Positions 53,201 to 64,000 of a DNA stretch of 64,000 bases are shown piece after piece; within the stretch, counting starts at the first letter, position 1; the number at the start of each line of letters is the position of its first letter. The stretch is from Paraspadella gotoi (lineage: Eukaryota > Animalia > Chaetognatha). The stretch spans positions 2,131,200 through 2,195,199 of the forward strand of contig CM119266.1 in assembly GCA_051294375.1 (NCBI GenBank), read 5' to 3'. A program made the translations under genes and the position numbers. Under the pieces are notes generated by a model, which worked only from the letters and a program-made list of their open reading frames with translations, did not search any database and was not told the DNA's origin.

Positions 53201-56200
53201 ATCGTCTCTGGATGGCGCTTATGAGCGTTGCCGCAGTTGGATTTGCAATTGGCGGGTGGGCGTATGGATGATTTAGCAAAAAATTACAAAAACTAGAGTC
53301 ATACAACTCAAAAAAAAAAGGCCAATCCTTCTAAATACTTTCTTTTTCACTTATCGCGACTGATTTCCTCATCTCCAATGCTGCCCGATAGCTGCTACGG
53401 GATGTCATCTGCCTTTGGAGTGATCTATGGCCCTGTTCACACAATCCTCCCCTTCCTGATGTTGGGCATTGGCATCGACGATGCTTTCATCATTGCTCAA
53501 GCCTGGGACAACCTCCGACCCAAGTTTCGTGCCTCGATCAAAATCAGCGACCAGATGGGAGAGGTCATGCGCCAAGCTGGAGTCTCCGTGATGGTAAAAA
53601 AGGTTGAAGTGCTGCCAAAGGCATTGCTGTCACGAGGGAAGATCGTGGGTTCTTCAGGGGTTTAGAAGAGAAGGTTTGAGTTATTGAGAAAAATCAGTTG
53701 TAGAAAGTCTTAACTCTCTCAACACGGCTGATCTCATCACTTTTTGGCCTTTGGGTTCCGTAAAGTTTCTAAAATAAGTGAGGAATGATCTTTTCACGAC
53801 TCAATGATTGCTTAATCAGTTGATTAGTTGATTAGCGGTTGATTTAATTTAAAACTATAAAACTTAAACTGTCACAATTTTTAGGTAACGTCATTGACCA
53901 ACTTTGCTGTGTTTGTAATCACTTCGACATCCATACTTCCAGCCCTCAGTTCTTTCTGCATCTTTGCCTCCATCGGAATTCTCTGGCTATTCTTCATGCA
54001 GGTCATTGGGATTAGAATGAATAAATGATATAAACAAACTAATAAGTTATATTTCACAGACAACCTTCTTTGCTGCTTTCTTGTCCTTTGACATCCGAAG
54101 GAAACTGCAGCAACGAGATGCCTGCGTGCCCTGCTTGGTACTCTCCAACAGCTACCAGCCAGTGAGTTTATATTGTTGTAATTGCAAGTTGGTTTTAAGC
54201 ACGTTTTGCTTTATTTTATCTCTCATTCCTAAACCCTTCCTTTTCTAACACCCTAACAGAACGCGTGCAGCCAAATGAGTTTGATGAACAAGTTCTTTGA
54301 AGAAGTGTTTGCCAGAGTCGTTCTCCACAAAGTGGCTAAGCCGTTCTTCATCCTTCTGACATTTGGTCTCCTTGCCGGTGGAATCTACGGGATCCTGCAC
54401 ATCGAGCAAGACTTTGATCCCATAAGATATCTACCGAGTGAGTGAAGGAAATTTAAAAATGTATCAGATTAACTAACATAATTAATTTATAAAAACTTGA
54501 TTTTATCTTTTAATAGCTTCTAAGAGAACGTTTTTAATTCTTCAGGCGATTCTCCCACTGTCCAATTCATTCTTGCGCGTGATGAATTCTTCCCCAGCGA
54601 TGGAGAACGCGCCTATGTTTACTTGGCAGACATCGACTACATTGAAAATCAGCACCGCATCCTTCAACTGACAAAGGAGTTGAGGAAGAGCGAAGAAGTC
54701 AAGGTTACATAAATAATTTTATCGTTACATTACCGTCTCAAATATACATGCCAATGTTGTAAGCAAAGTTAAACCAATCCATTAAAAACAGTTTCAAAAT
54801 AATCTGTTTGTTAAGTGGTTTTAATTAATATTAATAAACAAAAAAAATTCGTCAACTGATGTCAATCGTTTTGAACCAAAGCTCGGGACGGTGGAGAGTT
54901 GGTTTTCCTCTCTCCACGCTTGGAATGGATTTCGTGACTTCATCGACGCCGAATCATTCTGTCAAAATCTCACAGATTTCACTCGGAGTCAGGAGTGGAG
55001 AAAGTTTTCCGATGATGTGAAGATCGCCAAGGAGTAAGTTTCACAATAATCTTTACTGAAGCTATATTTTGATGAAAAAAAATTAATCTGGTGTGGGATA
55101 TTATGCGGCATAATTTACGCCACCCCGACAATGTCGCTTTACACAACAGCAACTGCACCGTGGTGGCATCCCGCCTTCGGTTTCAGCACCGAACCTACAA
55201 ATTTTCCGTTCAGCAAATCGACGCAAAAAACGAGATGAACCGAATTGTAAGAGAAGTATTGGAGTTCGAGCAGGAGAAAGCCTTTCCTTTCGGTGAGAAC
55301 TACCGAAATTGGGAGACAATGGAGGTAAATGTAGGATAAGGTCCAAAGAGAATTCTCCAAAAAAAATTAAGTGGGAGAACAAAATAGAAAATCTACAATT
55401 CTTGATTTAATAAAACAAATAACAAATGATTTTTTTTTTGTTTTTCAATGAGGTGATTGCAGAGGAGCTGTTGCGCAACTGTCTCCTTGCTTTGCTATGT
55501 GTCTTACTCGTGACTTTGCTGTTAATCGCCAGTCCTTTAATGTGTTTCTACGTCGTCGCTTCTGTTCTTTTTACCATCGTGGATGTAGGTGAGACCAAGG
55601 AGTTTTATTCATTTAAAATCAAAATATTTTGAAGAATTAATAATAGTATTTGATAAAGTCACCGTGAGTGCGACCGAGTCAGCTTAAGGTAGCTCTTAAG
55701 GTCTTGTTTTCACAAGACAGTGGCTATACCCCCTTCGTTCTTTTCTCTTTCCCACAGGTGGGGCATTCTTCTACTGGGGCCTATCTATAGAGACCACGAC
55801 TGCTGCCTGCATGACTCTGGCGGTCGGACTCTGCATCGACTACGCGGCTCACATTGGCAACGCCTTCATGACGGTGAAAGGTAAGAATGGGAGAGGGAGA
55901 GAGAATGTTTTGAGATGACCTGAAAGACGATTACAATAGGATCACGTGACCATCGGGCTCGCCAGACTCTGACCCTCATTGGTCCCGCGGTTTTCAATGG
56001 AGGGTTCTCGACGTTTCTCGCCTTTGTTCTTCTTTCGGGGTCAAACTCTTACATATTCCAAGTAAATTGATGTTTGAACGATTGGTGTAGAATTGGTGTT
56101 TCTCTGTTAAAATATCAAAGAGAGTTTGTTCCAAACAGGCAATAACAACAATCTAGTTCCAAATTTGTCAAAATTTTTTAAAAAAAACAATATTTAAAAA

Positions 56201-56515
56201 TCATCCTGTACAATTATCCAAAACCTCTTCTACATCCCTATGTTACTTTTCTCTCTTCCCAAGACTTTCTTCAAAGTCTTCTTCAGCGTGGTCGTCTTCG
56301 GTCTTTTCCACGCGCTCATCTTTCTTCCCGTTGTCCTCTCTTACATCGGACCCGCGCCGCACGACGCCGCCCGTGGACCCGAAGACGTTAATTACCGCCC
56401 CGAAGACGCCTCCCGCCGCCCTTCCGACGCCGCGGAGGCAAAGGACGGCGTCCACAACGCTCCGCCAAGGAAGTCCGCCAACGCGGTCGTTCCTATGGCG
56501 GAAACGTTTCATTGA
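50281..56515 (+). CDS. Patched-related / PTCHD3- or NPC1-like sterol-sensing-domain RND transporter, about 20 exons
   Basis: Phase-consistent first exons 50281-50431, 50748-50819, 51137-51308 (FWYKIGYFIG, HPYVTI, DASKLWV). SSD HTILPFLMLGIGIDDAFII, AGVSVM/VTSLTN, LPALSSFCIF; second repeat VGLCIDYAAHIG, IGPAVFNGGFST, FGLFHALIFLPVVLSYIGP; stop at 56513-56515. Confidence 0.92.
52353..52885. repeat. Intronic 33-bp minisatellite (agagcggagaggtatggctaagatgaggtcaagtgggga-type), ~15 copies
   Basis: Begins at an exon/intron boundary of the Patched-related gene; the 11-aa periodic ORF is a by-product. Confidence 0.9.
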
Positions 56516-56940
56516 TTGATTCATTTATTGTTTGATAAATTGATAGATACTTATTTGGGAATTATAAAACCTTGGCATCTTTTGTACCTCATAAAAACTC
56601 ACGAAATAGCCTATTTTTGACAGTGCTTTTTTTGTTTAGAGTGAAGAGACGGGAATAATTGTTCTTAAATTGGTACCACCAATATAAAAATTATCCATTC
56701 ATTTATTAAATAAACGATCTCGCCCCTGACTTTGGACAGGCTTTGGTGGTTTAAGGCCTCCATCACTCCATCACAGTTTTCAATCAAGACTCTTTCAGTC
56801 TCGTCTATTCACTCCCGGAGTACCTGGCTTCCCTATCAATGAAGTGGTCTAATGTTTCAAAGAATGTTTCTATTGTATGAAAAGACCACTCCGTTAAGTA
56901 TTAGATCGGGGAATACTATATTGTACTACGCCCATCTTCA

Positions 56941-57152
56941 GTTAGTGACAGAACCGTTCAATATAAGCAGTACCTGAGCTTCGGATCGGGCTGTAAACAC
57001 CGTGTTACAGGCGGATTAAGCGCCCCGTCCCTTTTAACTGCTTAGCGACCACCGGGCTAGAAGCCCGGAACTTTGGGTTGGGAGGCGAATGACTTGCCTC
57101 ATGCACCAATGGTCGCTGATGAAGGGTTGGTGGATTTTAGTCCACCATAATA
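56941..57152 (-). mobile_element. Second copy of the tRNA-head/twister element (twister-like core 56967-57041)
   Basis: Reverse-complement alignment to 30908-31118 over the full length, with unrelated flanks. Core GA-CGG-GGCGCT-TAA and T-CCG-AA-GC are unchanged. Confidence 0.85.
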
Positions 57153-57615
57153 GTTTTTAATTTCCATCCAAGTAACATGTCTCATCGTAAAACTACATGA
57201 AATATTAAAAATCAATTAGTATGAAGGATTCCATTATGGATTGTAGTTTTTTTATTTTACACTAATATTAACATTTTTTTTATTTTCATTATATATCCAC
57301 TCGTTATCTTTAAGCTTCTTGGCTGTAAAAACGTAAAAAAACAACTGAATTAAAAATATTTTTTTCTCTTTAGTTCATTGATTTTTTTTAATCCTTCTGA
57401 AACTTGTAGCCATTTCTCCAAATTACAAAAGCTAAAATATTTTCGGATTTTTTATTACGAAAATTGAGAATTTTTTGTCCCCTTTCCGATTCAAATCTGA
57501 AAAAATTATTTTGAATTCCAAAAATTAAGTTTTTCTAATTCAAATCTGAAAATTTTCTCCTCGATTCTTAAAAGTAAATTTTTCGTAAAATTTTGTGTGA
57601 AATAGAGAGAAAGAG

Positions 57616-57697
<82 letters not shown>

Positions 57698-58826
57698 TAA
57701 CGTTTATCTTTCTTCCACCCATTTTTTCTCAATACAAGCGGAGGATCTCGTAGACACATTGTCGCAAGATTCTGATCCAATAAAATCGACTTCTTTTATT
57801 TGCTTCTCCTATTTTTTTTTCCTCTTTTTTCTTCGCGGTTTTCTGTTTGTTTTTTTCTTCATCGCTCTCTTCCTCAATTTTTTTATTCCTTTCTTTTTAA
57901 TTTTTTCTTCTCTTCTCTTCTTCCTTTTCTACCCTTTTTTCTTTTCTTTTTCTTTTCTTTCTTCCTTCGCTTATTCTTTCTTTTACTTTTTTTTGTCATT
58001 TCTCTGTTTTTATCATGGCATTACATCATCACTTTACTTTCTTGTCTATTCTTGTCTCACAGTACATCAGTTATGTTTTCTTTCTCTTCTTTTCTACTAC
58101 CCCGCCGCTCTCTTGAGACACAAGCTTCATCTGGTTCTTTCACCGATTTAATTGAATTTCATATTCTCTTTCTCTTCCTCTTCTTCCCTATTTTTTTTCA
58201 TTTCTCTTCATAACCCTTTCCTCTTTTTTTCATTCTACTATCTTCGTAAATTCTCTTCTCCCCTTTATTACGTTGCTTTCCTTTTTTTTAACTCTTTCTT
58301 ATTCTATCGCATTCTAAGAATCTATATCTTTATCTATCTTTCTATCTTCTTCTTCCTTCCCGCCCTTCTATCTTTTTTTCTCTCATTCTATTATCCATTA
58401 TTTTTTCATACTCCCTTCTTCCTTCTTCTTCTTCTTCTTCTTCTCCTTCTTCCTTCTTCCTCCTTTACTCAATTCAATTCCGATTCCCCCCCTCTTTCCT
58501 TTGCTCCCCCCCCCCTTAAAGTCTTTGTAACCCTTTCATTCTTCTCAAATCAATTTCCTGGTATTTATTTTCTTTTATTTCTCATATCATCGACAACGAC
58601 AACAACGACTTAAGGGGGAGCATCGGTCCGTATGAGGTGATAATGTACAGAGTTAGAGTTTTCTCTCTCCTCTCTCTCTCACTCTTTCTCTCTCTCTCTA
58701 AACCTCTTGAATCCCTACCCCCAACACCCCTGAATCCCGTCTTCCCGCTCCCCTTCCCGACACCCCATTCGCACGTTCTGTGCCTCAAATCCTATTACTG
58801 GTGACTAAGTCCTTTTTGCCCCTTCC

Positions 58827-58915
<89 letters not shown>

Positions 58916-59411
58916 TAATCTCGTTCAACCCTCTCTTCAACTTTCATATTTTCAACAGTTTTCTTTGTTATGATCCAAAAATTGAAAGGAAATCGAATTA
59001 GAGAAAATCAAGTTTTGGTTTAAACCCACAAAGTTTTAGGATGGGTCTATTACGTTGTTCGATATTTAATTTAAGCCAACCCTTTTAGGCCATATTAACA
59101 AAAACATTTATTTTAAAATTTATTATATCATTAAGCTTAAAAGTTCATCGTAATCCCTTAAAAATATCGTGACAGATAGACAAAGCTGCGCACAAGATTC
59201 AATCGCTTTTATTATTTACTTTTTTTTAGATTCATTCAATTTATTTCTTTTCACTCACTTTGATCTAACAAATGTTCTTTCTCTAAAATTCAAAATAAAC
59301 TCTCAAACTGAAATCCATCCGCAAAACGCAACCCACTAATTCCACACAATCCCTCTATGGTAAATATCCACTACACCATCACCCTTACCCTCGGCCCTTG
59401 AAGCCTCACCC

Positions 59412-59456
<45 letters not shown>

Positions 59457-60205
59457 AGGCGGCAGAAGCGGCGGTAGCGGCGGAAATTTCCTCTCCTTTT
59501 TATCTCCTTTGAAGCCACTCGAATCGGAGCTCGGCGCCGTCTGGCACCTCGGATGGAACGATCGGCAGAAAAGCCTCAGCCGAAGACCACCAAGTCTTTT
59601 TCCAGCCACGTCACGACCCCTAAAAGCTTCATCCCAATGTTGTGAATATTAGTCCCAGCAGTACACAACCTTGTCCCGACTTGGTCAAAGCTTTGTCCTG
59701 GTCCTGAAAAACGTCGTCCCGTGTAAATTGGCAACAAGACCTCGTCCCGGTGCAGCACGGCGCTGAAAAGCCTGTTCCCTGGCGCTGCAAGACCTCGTGT
59801 TGGGACTCCAAAGCCCCGTAACTGCGCCGCAAAGACCTCGTCCCGGCGTCGGAAAGTCTCTTCCTCCTCCATTGAATTTCAATCATTTTTTCCTCGAGTC
59901 TTAATCAAATTTTTCGAGCTGATTATTCGCTTCAATATGCAATCGAGAGAGGGAGAGAGAAAGAAAGAGAGAGAGAGAGAGATTTTTCTTTCTCTTTTCA
60001 AATTTCGTCTGTTATATTTGAATTATATTTCATTAAACTTATCGTCTCAACGCAGAGAATGGATGGCGGCTTGCAATTCTTGCACTTTCCTCCTTCGATT
60101 GGTCTAAATTTAGTTTCAAATATTTTTTTAGTTTGAACACACATAAGCTTTCTATCTTCTTTATCTCCCTCCCCCCCCTCNNNNNNNNNNNNNNNNNNNN
60201 NNNNN

Positions 60206-60238
<33 letters not shown>

Positions 60239-60692
60239 GAAAAATAAAATTAGGTTTAGTTTGTTATTCATTAGTGTATTTTACTTTATAATAGTTACGC
60301 ACAAGTATTTATACTCTTCCAGTTACTTATTTTCACTATCTCTTTGAAAATCGTATAATTTTTGCTCCTTGAAATTGGAATTCATGGCTGGGTTTAAATA
60401 GACTATAGAGGTAAAAACTGACAGGGAAAAAAAAAACAAAGCAGGAAAATGGCAGGGAAGAATGGGAAGGAAAGTTGACTTGGATGAGTGACTTGAGAAA
60501 ATAGTGCTCAGGAAAATACGGCAGGGAATAACGACAGGGAAGAATGGCAGAGATAAGTGGCAGGGAAAAGCGACAAAAATAAGTGACAGGGACGAATAGA
60601 CCAAAAAGCGAGGAAGAGAAATAAGGGTAGAAATGTCCGCCAAAGCGACACTAAATCAAAAACCCGCGCAAATTATTGGTTGGCATCGAGGC

Positions 60693-61010
60693 GGAGAGAA
60701 AATGGTGAGAGGGGTAGAGAGGAAGAGGAGAAAAGAGGAAGACAAAGAAAAGTCAAGACAAAGAGAATGAAAGAGAAGTTGAGAGAAGAGAAAATGGTGA
60801 GAGGGGTAGAGAGGAAAAGGAGGAAGAGGAGAAAAGAGGAAGACAAAGAAAAGTCAAGACAAAGAGAATGGAAGAGAAGTTGAGAGAGGAGAAAATGATT
60901 AGAGGGGTAGAGAGGAAAAGGAAAAAAGAGGAAGACAAAGAAAAGTCAAGACAAAGAGAATGAAAGAGAAGTTGAGAGAAGAGAAAATGGTGAAAGGGGA
61001 AGAGAGGAAA
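60693..61010. repeat. Purine-rich ~90-100-bp tandem repeat, ~3.5 copies
   Basis: Recurrent gagaaaatggtgagaggggtagagagg..aagacaaagaaaagtcaagacaaagagaatg. Confidence 0.8.
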
Positions 61011-61067
61011 AGGAGTATTTTGAAATCTAATACTTTTCCTAACCTTCAACTTAATCCTGAATTCCTG

Positions 61068-61322
61068 ATTCTATTCTATATTAAACCTTAATCCATTTCC
61101 CTAATCCCTAAACCTATTCTATATTAAACCTTAATCCATTTCCCTAATCCCTAAACCTATTTTATATTAAACTTTAATCCATTTCCCTAATCCCTAAACC
61201 TATTTTATATTAAACCTTAATCCATTTCCCTAATCCCTAAACCTATTTTATATTAAACCTTGATCCATTTCTCTAATCCCTAAACCTATTCTATATTAAA
61301 CCTTAATCCATTTCCTTAATCC
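61068..61322. repeat. 43-bp tandem repeat with ccctaa-like motifs, ~6 copies
   Basis: Unit ctatattaaaccttaatccatttccctaatccctaaacctatt. Confidence 0.9.
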
Positions 61323-61696
61323 ATGATCCTTGAAAAAAGGAGAAGAAACTAAAGAGGTTGGGAGAATTAAACAGAAGTTCCAAGACATTTTCGCGGAAAT
61401 TCTTCATTTATTAGCATAAAAATGCAAAAGGGTTATCGTACGGTGGTTTAAAAAATTGGACATAAAATGGACACGAAAAGGTTTACAATAACTGAAAAAA
61501 ATACTAATTTTAAACTGACAGAACAAAATGTACGAGGATCAAAACTATCAGAATTCACCCACAGTAGTGAGAGAAAGAATTATTCAACGAAACTTAGTCT
61601 AAAAACATACAGTAGTGGAAGTTTTGATTAACTGCCGCCGAAAAATCCTCTCGAAACGCTTCTCTAGCGATAACTCCCCTCGCCCGGCCCTTAATT

Positions 61697-61747
<51 letters not shown>

Positions 61748-63804
61748 AACTATATTAATCGCACGAGTTGCGCTCCCGTCCTTGAGTTTCCGCGCGGATG
61801 ATAACAACAACGACGACAGGATCTAAAACGACAACAACAATTTTGACGATAACGATGATCACACGGGTAAAGTTAACATTAACCATTAATCATTAACCAT
61901 TAACCAAAACCACAGCAATATTAGATCTTTCAACATCATCGCAAGCACAGGGAGTTAAATTGATAATAGAATTAGTTTCAATATGAGAATTCGGTATGAA
62001 ACTAAATTATTTATTTGCCAAAAATTTTAAACTGTTTTTCAGTTCATCATGAGTGAAAGTATTTTTTACTACTACTGAAAAATAGTTTTAAATATTTGGC
62101 CAATAAATAATTTGCTTGTGTATAGAAATCTCATATTGAAACTAATTCCAACAGCAAATATTCCTACAATAATTTTGAAATTTGAATTATCTTCACTATA
62201 TTTCGATTTTTTCCTTTACATGTTAGTGTTTCCTTAACTTCCCTTTTATTTTCTCCATCCAACTAATCATCAATTTTGAGATAAAAACCCTTTTCTCCCA
62301 ACTTCACTCTTTCCCATTTTTTCCCCTTTTTCTTTTTCCTTCTTTTCCTTTTCTTCCCTATTTTTGAATACCCTTCCATTCCCTTCTGGCTCTCTGAATT
62401 TTTCTTCTCTTTTTCCTCCTTTCCTTTTTTTCATCTTTTCTCCATCCCTCATCCTCCCCCCTTCTCTTTCCTCATTTCCTCTCCTCTTTTTCTCTCCCTT
62501 ACCTTTTCTTTCCTTTCCTCCTTTCCTTCCTTTTTCCTTCTTTTCTTTCCTTCAACTTTCCTCCATCTTTCATCGTCCTCTCTTCTTTCTTANNNNNNNN
62601 NNNNNNNNNNNNNNNNNNNNNNNNNNNNNNNNNNNNNNNNNNNNNNNNNNNNNNNNNNNNNNNNNNNNNNNNNNNNNNNNNNNNNNNNNNNNNNNNNNNN
62701 NNNNNNNNNNNNNNNNNNNNNNNNNNNNNNNNNNNNNNNNNNNNNNNNNNNNNNNNNNNNNNNNNNNNNNNNNNNNNNNNNNNNNNNNNNNNNNNNNNNN
62801 NNNNNNNNNNNNNNNNNNNNNNNNNNNNNNNNNNNNNNNNNNNNNNNNNNNNNNNNNNNNNNNNNNNNNNNNNNNNNNNNNNNNNNNNNNNNNNNNNNNN
62901 NNNNNNNNNNNNNNNNNNNNNNNNNNNNNNNNNNNNNNNNNNNNNNNNNNNNNNNNNNNNNNNNNNNNNNNNNNNNNNNNNNNNNNNNNNNNNNNNNNNN
63001 NNNNNNNNNNNNNNNNNNNNNNNNNNNNNNNNNNNNNNNNNNNNNNNNNNNNNNNNNNNNNNNNNNNNNNNNNNNNNNNNNNNNNNNNNNNNNNNNNNNN
63101 NNNNNNNNNNNNNNNNNNNNNNNNNNNNNNNNNNNNNNNNNNNNNNNNNNNNNNNNNNNNNNNNNNNNNNNNNNNNNNNNNNNNNNNNNNNNNNNNNNNN
63201 NNNNNNNNNNNNNNNNNNNNNNNNNNNNNNNNNNNNNNNNNNNNNNNNNNNNNNNNNNNNNNNNNNNNNNNNNNNNNNNNNNNNNNNNNNNNNNNNNNNT
63301 TTTTTCCTCTCTTTACGGCTTTTTGGAGTAGAGTTAAACGTTATTTATCGTATATCTTTCCTCCGATTTGTGAGGTACAGTTATTTACGAATAAAACAAT
63401 TTCTTTAAAATTTTTTTTTTTCAGTCGACAATCATAATATTAATCAACTGCAATTGAAAGGATTTTCGCAATCAATTGCACAAAATTTCGCTATAAAAAA
63501 TTAAAAACTACTACTTATTTAAATTTAGAAAGTGAAGTGAATCTCAAATAATGAAACTATTTATTTTCCGACTTTTCTACGCTTTAAAGCCACTCCACTG
63601 TACACTTCTACAGTCTTCGCCTGTTTTTTACGATCAACGTCCGAATTTCGATCCAACGCCCAAATCCTTGGCGGCAGACAAAGGGCTTGAGGCGCAACCC
63701 TGACTCGATGCTCCCGCCAACAATCGCCCGGCCTTCCTTCGTAGCGAAAGGTTTCTGGACCCGACCGAGCATAACATATCGTCAATTTCTTTCCCTCTTT
63801 ACTT

Positions 63805-63845
<41 letters not shown>

Positions 63846-63969
63846 ATCTCTGGCGGCCCGGTACCGAGCATAACGCTTTCTCCCTCCTCGCCCCATCAAG
63901 GCCCCATGATATGTATTTCTCGCTAAACTGTTATGATAACTGCTTCACCCAAAAGACAATGCCGCGTTA

Positions 63970-64000
<31 letters not shown>

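Noticed and set aside
57116-57150. CTGATGA suggesting a hammerhead in the second element copy
   Set aside because: No GAAA and no stem III/UH follow; the downstream hairpin is the element's terminal stem-loop.
61068-61322. Telomeric array
   Set aside because: The ccctaa motifs are isolated within a 43-bp unit, not a contiguous telomere repeat; similar degenerate tracts occur at ~4400, ~32600 and ~33150.
62364-63437. 357-aa ORF
   Set aside because: Runs through a ~700-N gap and low-complexity sequence.

Overview
Eukaryotic (invertebrate animal-like) genomic scaffold. It has AT-rich short introns, dense (GA)n/(GAC)n microsatellites, many N-gaps and signs of noisy long-read or gap-fill sequence. 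Host genes: a frameshifted GT10 alpha-1,3-fucosyltransferase (-), exon 1 of a probable Mnx/Hb9 homeobox gene (-), an intronless HHxxxD CoA-dependent acyltransferase/condensation-like gene (+) with a broken inverted copy, a multi-exon EamA/SLC35G-like transporter (+), and a multi-exon Patched-related/NPC1-like sterol-sensing transporter (+). Mobile DNA: a partial Ty3/Gypsy element with its 3' LTR and a decayed Penelope-like element ending in a minimal hammerhead motif. The most notable signals are three small RNA-based elements. (1) A ~210-bp repeat present twice that joins a tRNA-like Pol III head to a sequence fitting a circularly permuted (type-P5) twister ribozyme with a palindromic P1, framed by sub-terminal inverted repeats and a terminal hairpin. 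(2) A 738-bp TRIM-like LTR element (PBS, PPT, 4-bp TSD) whose LTRs contain tRNA-type A/B boxes. (3) A 38-nt CCA-bearing tRNA-Leu 3' fragment between perfect 18-bp target-site duplications. All calls were made by eye; no database searches were run.
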